DNA of 64,000 nucleotides from Felis catus (GCF_018350175.1 NC_058368.1:183398001-183462000), one strand, 5' to 3'; positions 26,910-39,760 are shown, numbered from the stretch's first letter. Made by a program: numbers and translations. Notes: generated by a model not told the origin, from the letters alone.

Positions 26910-27830
26910 TACACAACAAAGAAAACCAGCAGCAAAATTAAAAGGCAACCTTCTGAACGGGGGAGGATGTTTGCAAATCACATGCCCAATAAAGGATTAA
27001 TATCCAAAGTATATAAAGAATTCATACAATTTAATACCAAATCTAATAATCCAATTAAAAATGGGTAGGGGATCTGAATATTTTTCCAAAGAAGACACAT
27101 ATATGGCCAACAGACACGTGAAAATATGCCGAACATTACTAACCCTAAGGAAATGCAAATAAAAACCACAATAAGATATACCTCACAGTAGTCAGAATGG
27201 CCAGTATCATAAAGAAAAGAAACAAGCATTGACATGGATGTGGAGAAAAATAAATAAATAAATAAATAAACCTTTGTACAGTGTTGGTAGGAATGTAAAT
27301 AGATGTAGCCAGTATGGAAAATGGTATTCAGGGTCCTCAAAACACATTAAAAATTAAAATACCATACCCTCCAGTAATTCCACTGCTGGGTGTTTACCTA
27401 AAGAAAAATGAAAACAAATTCTAAAACATACCTGCACCCTGTGTTTATTACAGTATTATTTATAATACCCAAGGTATAGAATGCCCATAGATAGACGAAT
27501 GGATAAAAAGGATGTGAGATGTGGTATACGCACACACACACATACACATACAGAATATTACTCATTCATAAAAAATAATGAAGTCTTGTCATTCATGACA
27601 GCATTGATGGACTTAGAAGGTATTACACTAAGTGAAATAGGTCAGACAGAGAATGACAATACCATATGATATCACTTATATGTGGAATCTAAAGAACAAA
27701 ACACACGAAAAATAAATAAATAAATAAACAAACAAACAGACATGGACTCATAAACACAGAGAACAAACTGGTGGTTGCCAGAGAGGAGGAGGATAGGTGA
27801 TGGGTGATATAAATTTCCGGGGGGTGAGGG
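26910..27830 (+). mobile_element. 5'-truncated L1 (ORF2 C-terminus and 3' UTR; L1MA9/carnivore-L1-like), disrupted
   Basis: aaaaggcaacc...tttgcaaatc...aaagaagacacat...gaaatgcaaataaaaaccaca...aattccactgctggg...tcacttatatgtggaatctaaa...gaacaaactggtggttgccaga. Confidence 0.9.
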
Positions 27831-29238
27831 GGAAGCTTGTATATTATTTGTCATTCATAGCTTTCTCTTTGTAAAAAAAAAATTATTTGAAGGTATTAAT
27901 GTTGCTTAAGGATATATTCATTTACATAAATATGTGGAAATATTACTCTAAATTAAATTCCATGCTAGATAACAGAGATAATGTTAACACGCTGTTTTAA
28001 TAAGCAAAAGGAGTGAAGGTGATATTTAGATCAAGCCAGTTAGTTATCTGTCTTATTAGTAACATATTTCAAGAAGAAATCCAAAATACAATAAATCACA
28101 GATTGTTTAACAGCAATAGAAATACTTATGGCTATTGGCCCCCCAAACTACGCTGTCTAATTAATTTTGGGCCTTCTTTTCATAATAAATTGTAAAGAAG
28201 ATATACATTTGAGTTCTGGAAAGTATTGCCCACACATCAAGGCATGGACTGACAGGAAATAAAAATACTCCACTGCACAAAGTCTCAATTAAAAAAAGCA
28301 CAGGGATCTATAAGTCTTCCAGTGAATGTTTTACATGCAGTTAAAAAAAGATTAGAGTTTATTAGCTCAACCAAATTTCATGAAGATGTAAAGGAAAACA
28401 AAAAGAAAATTCCTCAGCTTGACAATGCAGAGAAGATCCTAACATAACACTGAAACTACAGGTCACAGAGAATATGGTGTGGTAACCAAATATGGCACCA
28501 TTAAAGACAGAACAGAACTTCAGTCCAGCAGACAGACAATAAGGAATTAAAACTGGGTGCTTGTGGAGACCCCCTAAAGGCTAGCAACTATCTTTAACTG
28601 CACTTGAATAAAAGCCTAAGTTGAGATTTGAGATGCTGAAGAGTACAAGTGTGATAACAGTGTCAAATAAAGACAGTACTATAAAGAAATGTGCATCTGG
28701 GCTTGAGTTACTGTAGAGCAAGAGGAGGACTCAGAAACAGGCCAATAAAAAGAAAACCCCTGTTTCAATATTATAAAGGTTATTTTTTAGCAACATTAAA
28801 TGAAGAGTCTTCCAGGACCCTGAGGAACAGGCTCTGGGGAATCCTGATGAGCCTTATTTCTAAATAATTGTATGTTAGGTTTAACTGTACACTGTCACTA
28901 CTTTAAATTCTGATTCTAAGGTAATAAGCCAGGTTAGCACTACCCCTTCCTTTCAGAATGTTTTATAATAATAGAAGTGTTTCCTTTTTCTTTTTTTTTC
29001 TTTCTTTCTTCCCCCCCCCCCCCCCAGGGTATTCAGGAAAGATTTCTTGAGATCTTAAATATGGATTTTTCCCCTGAAATTAATTAATAACAGTTATCAA
29101 AAATAGGTTCATGCCCTGAGTAGAAAGAAACAATTAACTAGTTTAGGATAATTAATTCCTACATCTTGTATACTTTTCAGGGACTACTTATATATGCCAA
29201 TATTCCTTTGGCTGTCTGCCAAATAATGAGCTGCTGGG

Positions 29239-29278
<40 letters not shown>
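29239..29278 (+). repeat. (GTT)n trinucleotide repeat
   Basis: Read directly from the sequence. Confidence 0.95.
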
Positions 29279-29279
<1 letters not shown>

Positions 29280-31024
29280 TTCCCAAGGTTAACCATATTA
29301 TCAGAATACTCCAAGCACCGAGTTCTATAATAAACAGCATACATTCTCCAAGCTATTTTCAACTAATTTCTGTTTTAACTGCGCATAAATTGAACTTCAG
29401 AAAGTATTTGCTTATTAATTTTCTTTATGATATACTGTTTTATATTGCTTTTTAAAATTCTTTTTAAAATCACCAGTGTTTGCTAGCCACTTTAATTTTT
29501 TAAAATTGTTAATTAGTGCTATTACAGAACTTCTTGTGCATTATGCCATACTAATCAATATGTAATGGCTGAAAAGTAACAAGAACCTGACATACATATT
29601 TCAGATATTCAACAAATGTAACAGAAGAATACTGAGATTTTAGAAGAGGTTCAGGATTGAGAGAACAGAGTGGAAATGATTTTTAAAAAGACAAAAACTA
29701 AAATAAAAGGAAACTACTGCAAACTGGCTAAGTTCTGCCATTCCCCTTTCTTCTTGATGGCTACCATTTTAACTGAACCTGTTTTATGTGTATATCTTAA
29801 AGGTGCCATTGGGTACCTTTTGATAGTCTTCTCTTAACTCTTCAAATTTGGTTATTTGCATAACAGGACATCTCCTGAATTTCACAGGAAAAATGAAAAA
29901 AAAAAAAAAACAGTGCATTCCATAATGAAATATTGTAAAATGTTTTGGTAGAGGGAAGTTTAGGTAAAGGCACAGGAGGGGAAGAAACATTTTGACATGT
30001 TCATATTTAGGTAGATTTCAAGATAAAACTAAGTTTTTGGTCACTTTTAGTAAATCATTAACGCAAAGAAAATTTAATCCATTTATGTGGTCAATTTCTT
30101 TGATGGAAAAAATACTGAGGGTCAGCAAAAGAAGTTATAAACCATAGAGGTAAGGAGTGAAAGAATCTTTCTAAATGTATTATGCTTCAGAGAATCATAC
30201 ACAGGTAAGAATTTAAAGGAGCCAGAAAGGTCACCAAATCCATTCTACCACTTTGCTTTTTACATACCTTAAATGGACTTATAGTAAAATAAGTCAAAAA
30301 TTCAGAATGGCTGTGTTAGGAACTTCATAGATTCTCTTCATAGAAAAAGAGACAACTCTAGAAAAAATGTTTTAAAAAAACAGTTTTAATTTCTGAAATT
30401 TGAACGAAAGGTATATTAAAAATTATAAGCATTTATTCAAGAAAATCCACTGCACTTCAGTAAGAACAGTGGGGGTCTGTGGGATCTACAAAGAGGCTAT
30501 GACAATCCCCACACCTCAGCTCCATGATGCAAAAGTTCCATACTAGACAGGTAGGAAGGCTTATGCAAACCTACAGCTACCATACTCTCCCCTCAGCTCC
30601 AGGGTGTGGAAGTTCCACTCCAGATTGCCAGGGCAACTTGTGAGGACCAGTGACTCCTTTCTTTGACAAGGCAGGCTATGAAAAGAGTCAGCTAAGTGTC
30701 CTTGCCTGAGGTGCTTGACTTTGTGTGTAGGGTACAATGGGAAATATTATTCCCAGTAGTGGTGTCAAAAAATATATAGATCACAGTAGCCACTAACCAG
30801 GGAGGGCATACATCTCCATAATAGGAAGAAAAACAAACAAAATAGCTATCTGAACAGAATTTAATAGGGGGACCTTAAAACAGACAGAAGGATCCTGCTA
30901 AGATGATACTCATGCCAGCTGGTATGGAAGACTGAGTACCTATGAAGAATATGCCCATGCAAGAGCAATGGAAGAGCCCCTAGACGCTGGCTGAATGCAT
31001 AACAGACTTGTAAACACTTTGAAC

Positions 31025-31254
31025 TTAATTTTTTAAATATTTATTCATATTTTTGTGAGAGACAGAGACAGAGAAAGAGACAGAGTATGAGTGGGGGAGG
31101 GGCAGAGAGAGAGAGGGAGACACAGAATCCAAAGTAGGCTTCAGGCTCTGAGCTGCCTGCATAGAGCCTGATACGGGGCTCGAACTCATGAACCGTGAGA
31201 TCAGGACCTGAGCCAAAGTAGGACACTTAACTGAATGGACCACCCAGGAGCCCC
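31025..31254 (-). mobile_element. Can-SINE
   Basis: Reverse SINE; TSD aacactttgaa at 31013-31023 and 31255-31265. Confidence 0.95.
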
Positions 31255-32459
31255 AACACTTTGAATTTTAAAAGTACCACCAAGATACACACAGATCCAC
31301 TGGCAATGCATGGAAGCCTCATTGGTACAACTTCTGACCAAATACTGGCTTACCACTAAGCTGTGGTGACTTAGGAAACCAGATTTAAATGTATTTTGTT
31401 GTTGTTATTGTTTGTTTGTTGTGTTTGTTTTAATACAAATCTCAGCAAAGATATCAGAGTCCGCTACACTATGGAGAAAACAGACTTCACAGAATTTATA
31501 AAATTAAGTTACTAAATAAACAAAGATAAGGTAGCAAAGACAATCAACTTTAGGGGAAAAGGATCATAATCCAGAGTTGTGGCAATATATTACATAAAAT
31601 ATCTCAAAATTATGAAATATGCATATTAAAAAGTATATAAAACCCATCTAGTAGAAAAATATAGGCAATAAGTATTGCCTTTGAAGGTGTCTAGATGTTG
31701 GACCTACTGGACAAATACTTCAAATCAGTTATAAATATGTTCAAAACACTAAAAGACACTATTATTTTCAAAAAGTGAAGACAGTATAATAACAACCAAG
31801 CAACAAAGATCAATACAGAGAGAAAAATCATGAAAAAAAAGAAGCAAATAGAAATTCTTGATTGAAAATAAATAAGTGGAAAGTTTATGGGAGGGATTTA
31901 ATAGTAGATTTACTGACAACTATCAGCGACTTGAAGATAGGTCAATAGAGGTATTCCAATCTAACACACAAAGGCAAAAAGAAATAAAATAAGCAGAGCC
32001 CCAGAGATCTGTGGGACAAAATCAAACTGATATATGTATAATGCTTGTTCTAAAATGAGAGACAAAAAGGAGGCAGAAAAAATACTCAAGAAAATAATGA
32101 CTAAAAACTTTCTGAATTAGATTCCAAACAAAACAACAAAACAAAACAAAACAACAACTTTACACACCTAAGAAGCTTAACAAACTCCAGTAAGATTAAA
32201 ACAAGAAGTTTTACTCCTAGAGACACACCAAAAACAGTTGAAAATAAAGACAAGGAGAATATTTTGAGACATCAAGAGAAGGACTCATGCACAAGAGAAC
32301 CCTATTAACAGTTGAATTCTCAATCAAAAACAATAGAGGCCAGGAGGCAGTGGTCAGGATGACATTGAAATGAAAGAAAACAAAACAAAACAAAAAACAG
32401 CTGTCAAACAAAACCCCAGCAAAAATTAAGGCATAAATAAACTTTAAAAGTTCACATAT

Positions 32460-32661
32460 ATTTTTTAGGTTTTTATGTATTTATTTATCATTTTGAGAGA
32501 GAGTGCATGGGACAGGCAGAGAAAGACAGAGAGAGAGAATCCCAAGCAGGATCTGCACTGTCAGTATAGAGCTTGGCATGGGCCCAAACTCATGAATGGT
32601 GAGATCATGACCTGAGCTGAATTCAACAGACACTTAACCCATTGCACCCCCCAGGTGTCCC
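32460..32661 (-). mobile_element. Can-SINE (older)
   Basis: Reverse SINE; TSD aaaagttca at 32446-32454 and 32662-32670. Confidence 0.9.
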
Positions 32662-33348
32662 AAAAGTTCATATCTTTTAAAAAATGAAGCCAAAATAATT
32701 ACATAACGACATAAAGACTGAGAGAATTTGTTGCTGGTAGACCTACTTTACAATAGATACTAAAGGAAGTTCTTCAGGTTGCGTAAGAGTAACACCAGAC
32801 AGTAACTCAAGTCCATATGATGAAAAAAAAAAAAAAAAAAAAAAGAGAGTTCCAGTAAATACAATTATAAAAGGAATTGGAAAATCCATTATAATTATAT
32901 ATTTTGTTCTCCATTTTTCTAACAGGTTTTTTAATTGCAAAAAACAGTATCTGTAAAATTGTACTATTGAAAAAAATTGTACTATTAAATTTAATAGATA
33001 TAAAGATGTAACTAATATGGTATTAACAGCACAAAGGAAGGAGGAGAGCATGACGTTATATTAGAGCAAGGAGGGCAAGAAGTTATATTTACCAGCTGGT
33101 AATTCAAATATACAGAAGAAAAATATTTATTCAAATTTTTTTTCCAATTTTTTAATTGGTCTCCTTACTCATTCACTCTCTTGCCCTGTCTGTATTAGCC
33201 AGTTTATTATGTCCTGACACAAGGCAAGCTCCATCTTGCCTAATGGCTTTTACTTCCTGATATCACTGACTGAGGGAGCAGAAGATCTTCAGATTTTCAG
33301 AACTTCTCATGGATGGCGAACTCATTTCATTAAAAAAATTACATGTTA

Positions 33349-33571
33349 GGGGGCCCTGGGTGGCTCAGTCATTTAAGCCTTTGACTCTTGACTTCGGCTC
33401 AGGTCATGATCTTGCAGTTCATACAATCGCACCCTCCCCCCACAAAGGACTCCCCACGCTGACAGCGTGAAGCCTGCTTGGAGTTCTCTCTCTCCCTCTC
33501 TCTCTGTTCATTCCCTACTCATGGTAGCACCTGATCTCTCTCTAAAAATAAATAAGTAAATGTTTTTTTTT
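33349..33571 (+). mobile_element. Can-SINE (older subtype with gactcttgacttcggctcagg)
   Basis: SINE head, body and tail; flanks aattacatgtta and aatttcatgtta. Confidence 0.9.
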
Positions 33572-33736
33572 AATTTCATGTTAAAGCTTCCCTTTATAGT
33601 CTATCTAAAATATTATTTCAAACCTTCTTCCCATCATTTTTTTATTCCTTAGATACACATTTTAGAAATAGAGCAAATCAGCTCTCATAATTTCCATCAG
33701 GAAAGACATAAAAACTGCATGCAGAACTTATCTTTC

Positions 33737-33966
33737 TTTTTTTCTTATTTTTAAAGTTTATTTTTTTTAATTTATTTTGAGAGACAGAGGGCATGCACAC
33801 ATGAGCAGGGGAAGTGAGAGACAGAAGGAGAAAGAGAATCCTAACTAAGCAAGCTCCATGCTCAGTACAGAGCCCAACGCAGGGCTCTATCTCACCACCA
33901 TGAGATTACTCCTTAAGCAGGTATCAAGAGTCAGATGCTTAACTGACAGAGTCACCCAGGTGCCCC
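33737..33966 (-). mobile_element. Can-SINE (older subtype)
   Basis: Reverse SINE; flanks cagaacttatctttc and cagaacttacctttc. Confidence 0.9.
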
Positions 33967-35029
33967 AGAACTTACCTTTCTAATAGTAATTATTTGAATT
34001 TATTTTGTTTCCTTAATTACTAAGAAAATATAAGTATCCATAATTTACATACTGCAATACTTGCTTTTTATTTCTCCTGGATAAATGGATACCTTATTGT
34101 TTAATCACTATAATGTACTCTTCCTGGTACATTCTATGTGCAATGGATAAAGTGTATAATTTAGGATGTAGCAGGCATTTGAGATGATGATAACTCATTA
34201 TCTGACAAGTACCAGCCAAATTGCTTATGTTTCTTAGGGATTTCTGAGAGCTCCATCATGGAATGGAAACAGCCTACATGAAGCCTGCAGTAGCATTTAG
34301 AGGTATCTATACAGTTTAGCTTTGTGCTGCCAGATATAATTCTTCTTTATAATCTTTTTAAAGTCAAAGGCCCCGTGTTTCCTAACTTGAAATTAGTTCC
34401 TGAAGAAGACGATGCAGGAATGTACGTGGTCTGGGCTTTGAAAATGTCTTCTATAGTGTGGTATGTGAAATTAAGAAACAAACAACAAGTACCAATTACC
34501 AACAAACTTAAGCTGATAACTTAATGTTATTAAATAATTTGGTCAGATGAAAGGAATTTAATGGTATCGCCTCTGCCTTAAGCCCTGGTCAAAGAAAGGG
34601 AGAAGTTATCATATGTACACAACCCCAATGTTTAAAGAATTTGACTAGAATAAAATACACTTAACCTTAAAACCATACTTAATGAAACTTAATTTTCTTT
34701 GGGATGTTCAAAGGCACTTGAGAATTTCACAGGGCTTTGGATTTATTATAGACATCAATTATCATTGCACTGATAAGTATGAAAGAGCTAATAGGGAATT
34801 ATGGTTAATAGGAAGCCAGAAAGACTAATTCTAACTAGATCTTTAATTTTACATAATTTTGAAAAGAAAGACTTCCAAAAGTTAATGAATACAATGCATA
34901 GAGATATGGAAGAGGGTAATAGCATAAAATGTCAATTCCTACCTTGGTTTAAATACAAGTGAATGATAAAGCAAACAAAAGAAGAAAAACAGTAAGTTTG
35001 CCTTTATTTAAAGGAATGATTCTAAGCTC

Positions 35030-35177
35030 CGGGTGATTTTGCCTTGGGGGGGTGGAGTACTTGAGGTGAAGTTTGGAAACATTTTCATTGACCCAACTTG
35101 AGAGTGCTAAAGGGCAGCATCTCACAACAAAGAATTATGTGGCCTAAATATTAATGGTTCTGAGGTTGAGAAAGCCT
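35030..35177. mobile_element. MER20 remnant with internal deletion
   Basis: gggtgattttgcc...cacaacaaagaattatgtggcc...gaggttgagaaagcct. Confidence 0.7.
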
Positions 35178-36974
35178 AAACTAGGACATTCAATATGTTT
35201 AAGAATAAATTTAATGGTATATATATTTTTATCTCTCTCTAATTTTTCCAAATTCATAATTAATTCATTAATTCTAGATCTTTGTTGGAAAGACACTCTA
35301 GCATGACTGGCAGATATTCAAAAGTTAGATCCAAAAAGTTAGATTCTAGACGTTAAATTCCTTTTAACTTCATCCAAATCAAGATGGAGTTTTGAGAGAT
35401 TACAAATTCTGTTCATCCTTTGACATATATAATCTGTTAGAGAATATATAACAAATGCTGGTCAGGAATGTATCCCCTGTCAATTTTCCCTCTTCCTCTA
35501 CCTCAGCTCATTTTCTCTGGCTTAATCCAAATAAAGTAGACACAGACAGGTTTTATATGTAGAAGGGAAAAAGTGCTGGAAAGAAACTGAAAAGCTAATC
35601 CACTATGATGCCAGTCTATACCAAAGATAGTGTTCCAGAACTCTAATGATCTAGCCATTTGAAACGTTAACAGTGCTGGCTCCTATGACAGTCTTCGACA
35701 TAGTGAGTTTCAATAGTTATGCTCTCGAATTTTGAAAGCAATAGTGAACTTTATCCCAAAGTTTTTATCTTTCAACTAAAATAGGCATTTTCATTTCTGA
35801 ATTAGTGTTTTCCAAAATGTTTGGTGATTATCTCAATCTATCATTCAGTCTCTAATAACAGTATCTCCTTTACTAAAGGTAGTAGAAGTCCTATATCTAT
35901 ATCTATATATCTATATCTATCTGTGTAAATAGTGTTCCTAGGCATTTCGTGGCACCAAATGAGATAAATGGGAATAACTTAGGTGATGAAAGATCATGCT
36001 TTTGAACCACTATATTAACATATCATCATACCTGAGAATATAACAAATGAATATTCTGGGGATAACTTTCCATTTAATTTCTGTATTGTTACATTATCTA
36101 CATAATTAATATTTATTACTACTTTAATTATATTTTTAGCATTTTTCTTCTAATAGTTATGTGATAGAGTGGAAAACAGATACCATTTGCCTCAGAAAAC
36201 CAAACCAAACAAACAAGGTTGTTCTTAATCACCGTGGGTCTTCTTGGCAACTAGAATATACTATGGTTCCTCTTCCAGAAAATGGCTTTGTCCAGGTACA
36301 GAGCTAGATTGGGGTACTCTTGGCCAAGGGTGTTGCAGGCCTCTTAACTTTTTCACCTGGTCCAGAGGACTTGAGAAACAATTTGCCCCACTCATACTCT
36401 AATGGATGATTCACCTCCACCCCAGCTTGTCCTCACACCCTCTCCTCATAAAACAGGCTGATCAGTGATGCTGAGGCAGGCCTGGAGTTGGCCCTGGCAA
36501 GGGCACTGGTGCCTTGCTGTTCTCATCACTCCTTCCCAGTCCCACTATTTATCCTTCTAGAGTAAACAGGACTTTATCACAGAAGAAGTACAACAATAAA
36601 AAAATACTTGTATTCAAATTTGGGGAGCACACATGAGTTACTAATTTCTTCTTAGATCCACTTTATACAGTGAAGATATTAATAATAACTAAATAACTCA
36701 AAGTTAGTTTTAGATTCAAAACAGATATCAAATATTTTTCTCAAATTCCAGTATCTCCTTCCCCATTCTCACTTTCCCTCACTTGACAATTTATGTATCT
36801 GTCCACTTTACATCTTCAATTGGAAGGTAACAGATATTCTACACTAAACATGTTTGAAATTGAACTTCTGATATTTCCTCTAAATTTATTCTACCCATAG
36901 CATTTCTAATCTTACTCGACCATCACAACAATTTTAGTTTCTCAGGCTAAAATCTTGGGAATACAATTCATTTC

Positions 36975-38026
36975 TGCTGGAAGCCGAGCTATCCCAGCCT
37001 GAGTAGCAAGGCCTGGGCTGTGGACGGATTGGTGACTGCAAGGCGGCGCACAGACAGTGAAGCTTCTTGTACTCCTGCCTTTAGGTAATCTGGCCTTAAA
37101 ACTACCTGGCGTATTGTCTGTTGGGTAATTGCCCTCGACAGGCCCCCTGGGAAAAGAACCATTAGGAAAGAAAGTAAGGTTCTGCAAGAAATTGTGCGGC
37201 CTTACATTTAGTCCTTGCCATCCCCTATGGAGAATCCTCTACTTACAGGAAGGATAGCCTCATGCATTTGCCAGCAAAGGTGGCCAACAAAGGAGAGACA
37301 TATGGATTTGAAAGCCCCACTCCGGTAACTAAGGAGTGTATCTATGGACACAGGTCACTCTAATCCCTGGGCCCAGTTGGCCCCCAGGAGGCATTCCAGA
37401 TGATGACTGAACCTAGTCGGTTAAAGTACAGAATGGTTCATTAGTTCCTAGGTGCATTGTCTCTCTGAGAATGTATAAGGTGTGGGTTTCTAAGGCCCTC
37501 TTGGCCCCCTCCTGGCACCTCGAACCCAGGAGAACACTTTTGTCCTTCAAAACCACGAATGGTTCAGGGAAACAACTAAGAGGTCATGTCCCTGTAACTG
37601 TTCCTCTCGAGGTGTTGAGAGATAAATGACCTTTCATGGAAACAGCAAAGCAAATACTTTATAGATTATAGATAAGCATAGGTACATAATAAAAACAATG
37701 CAAGAAATTAATCAATAAGCAAAGGGCAGGAGGGAACGTTACAAAAAACCAATCATGTTATTCCTTATTGGGTGATTACATGAAGGAACAATTTTAGAAT
37801 TGGGTAATGCCAGAAAACATAGATGATGTATGCTACAAGGAAATCACTAGCAAATATAAGGCACATTTGCTACAATAAATTGGCCAGTTCCACACACTGC
37901 TGTTGTCTGTGTCCATTTTTATTTTTTGTTTTTATTTTAGTTTTTTATTTTAGTTTTGTTTTACTTTTTTGCCGACACCGTTCATCCTTTGGGAACCCCT
38001 GGACCTGCTGGAGCGGGACTTCGGCA
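36975..38026 (+). mobile_element. ERV solo LTR, betaretrovirus/ERVK-like (1052 bp)
   Basis: TG...CA termini (tgctggaagcc...ggacttcggca); 6-bp flanks catttc and tgtttc; CCAAT 37749, TATAA 37855, AATAAA 37874, then a T/GT-rich U5; GC-richer than its flanks. Confidence 0.85.
37745..37900 (+). promoter_or_regulatory. LTR promoter/polyadenylation module (CCAAT, TATA, AATAAA)
   Basis: ccaat 37749-37753, attgg 37767 and 37799, tataa 37855-37859, aataaa 37874-37879; activity not shown. Confidence 0.6.
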
Positions 38027-38118
38027 TGTTTCTTTCTTGCTCACCTCCTAAATCTAATCTGTCAGGAAATATTGCTTGTTTTACCTTCAAAATACATATA
38101 GTATTTGATATCTATAAT

Positions 38119-38578
38119 TGTTATGGCTTGAATTGTATCCCCTCCCCAGAAAAGTATACTCAAGTCTTAACCCCCAGTGTCTCAAAATACTACCTTAAAT
38201 GGAAATAGGGTTTTTGTAGAGATAATCAAGTTAAAATAGGGTCAGTTAGGTGGACTCTAAACAATATGACTGGTGTTCTTATAAAAAGGGGAAATTGGGA
38301 GACAGAGTCAAATGCATATAGAAGATAGTCATATGAATGAAGATGGAGTATCAGGTGATACATCTATAAGCCAAGGAACACCAAAGACTGCAGGAAATCC
38401 ATCAGAAACTAAAAAGGCAAGGAGAAATCTTTCCCCTATAGTTTTCAGAGAGAGCACTGTCCTACCAATACCTTGATTTCACACTTGTGACCTCCAGAAC
38501 TGAGACAATAAATTTCTGTTTTAAAGAGCCAAACAGTTAATGGTACCTTATTATGGCAGACCTAGAAAACTGTTAACA
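38119..38578 (+). mobile_element. MaLR solo LTR (MLT1C-like)
   Basis: tgttatggcttgaattgtatcccc...ggaaatagggt...ccttgatttc...cctccagaactgagacaataaatttctgtt...tatggcagacctag...aca. Confidence 0.88.
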
Positions 38579-38674
38579 GCATTCACCGCAATCTCTCATT
38601 TGAATCATTATTCTAACCTCCTAACTAGTCTCTCTCTCTGTTTCCACTCTTGTACTACTACAGCATGATCTTCA

Positions 38675-38734
38675 TTTTTTTAAGTTTATCTATTTATTTT
38701 TGAGAGAGAAACAGAGAGTGAGCAGGGGAGGGGC

Positions 38735-38765
<31 letters not shown>

Positions 38766-38909
38766 CAGAGAGACAGAGAATCCCAAACAGGGTCTGCACC
38801 GTCAGCTTGGGGCCTGATGCAGGGCTTGAACTCACAAACCGTGAGATCATGACCAGAGCCAAAACCAAGATTCAGATGCTTAACCGACTGAGAGCCACCC
38901 AGGCACCCC
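38675..38909 (-). mobile_element. Can-SINE
   Basis: Reverse SINE with expanded (GAGACA)n; ends gagccacccaggcacccc. Confidence 0.92.
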
Positions 38910-39760
38910 AGACTGATCTTTTAAAACTTAAGTCAGATTTTATTTTCCTCCATTCAAAACTCCAAAGCAAGCATTATTACAATGTTCTAAAAGCAGTGAT
39001 ATTATTAGCCACCCTATAACATTCTGACATCATCACATTGTTCTTTCTCACTCCTCTGTTCCAGCCACACTGGCATCTGTGCTGGATTTAGGGTGACTGA
39101 CTTTCCTCCTTTACTGGGGTTGAATACACAGGACATTCAATGCTAAATGAAGATAATTAGAGGCAAAGGGGGAAAGTAAGTCACCCTATTGTAGTTCATC
39201 GAATTATCTAGACACCCTGCAAAATGGTCTTTGATCTAGAAATTTGCTCTATCTTTCCAGAATGAGAGTTTAAAGAAGATACCTAGATATACACTTTAAT
39301 AACCCCCTCTTTAAAATCCCCTATTTAAACTCTTGCTGAACTCTCACCTTCTTCATGAAGCCTACACTCTTCATCCTATTTAAATTGTGTTCCTCCCTCC
39401 TATGCTCCCAGTCTTCCCACCCTACTCTAAGTTTTTTTTTCCATCATATAAATCACCTTCTTATAAGTCATATATAGCCTAATAATCATATATCATATAT
39501 TTTACTTATTGATTATATATTAACTTGCTTAGTATATATTAACTTATTTATCATAGTTAACAAATCCATACACTGAGCTGTGCATTTATAGCGATACAGT
39601 ATTTTACAACAGGGGTGATTTTTTATTTACATTCTCTCCCTTTATTTTTGGATTCAAAAATTATCAGTAAAAGAGCATTTCTTCTGTCCCTATGAAGAAC
39701 AGAATATGATGCTTTCTTTCATTTTTTATATCATATACTCTTTATGTCAGAATTCATTTT

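Larger units (their letters stand above)
30290..33120 (+). mobile_element. Ancient L1M 5' UTR and degraded ORF1 region, interrupted by two SINEs
   Basis: A-rich ORF1-like motifs (tagatgttggacctactggacaaa, gaagataggtcaatagag, cagagatctgtgggaca, aagcttaacaaactccagtaag, ctgagagaatttgttgctggtagacc). Confidence 0.7.
36650..39090 (+). mobile_element. L2 element fragmented by three nested insertions
   Basis: L2 motifs run continuously across the insertions (ctcaggctaaaatcttggga | tttcttgctcacc...ccttcaaaatacat | cctcctaactagtctc | tttaaaacttaagtcag...ttccagccacactggc). Confidence 0.7.

Noticed and set aside
26978..27669. 120-aa and 62-aa ORFs in the L1 fragment
   Set aside because: They are antisense or 3'-UTR frames of a disrupted L1 with no intact ORF2.
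36180..36620. GC-richer patch with an AATAAA that might be another LTR or a promoter
   Set aside because: I could not define TG/CA termini, a TSD or a family match, and it is not a CpG island.
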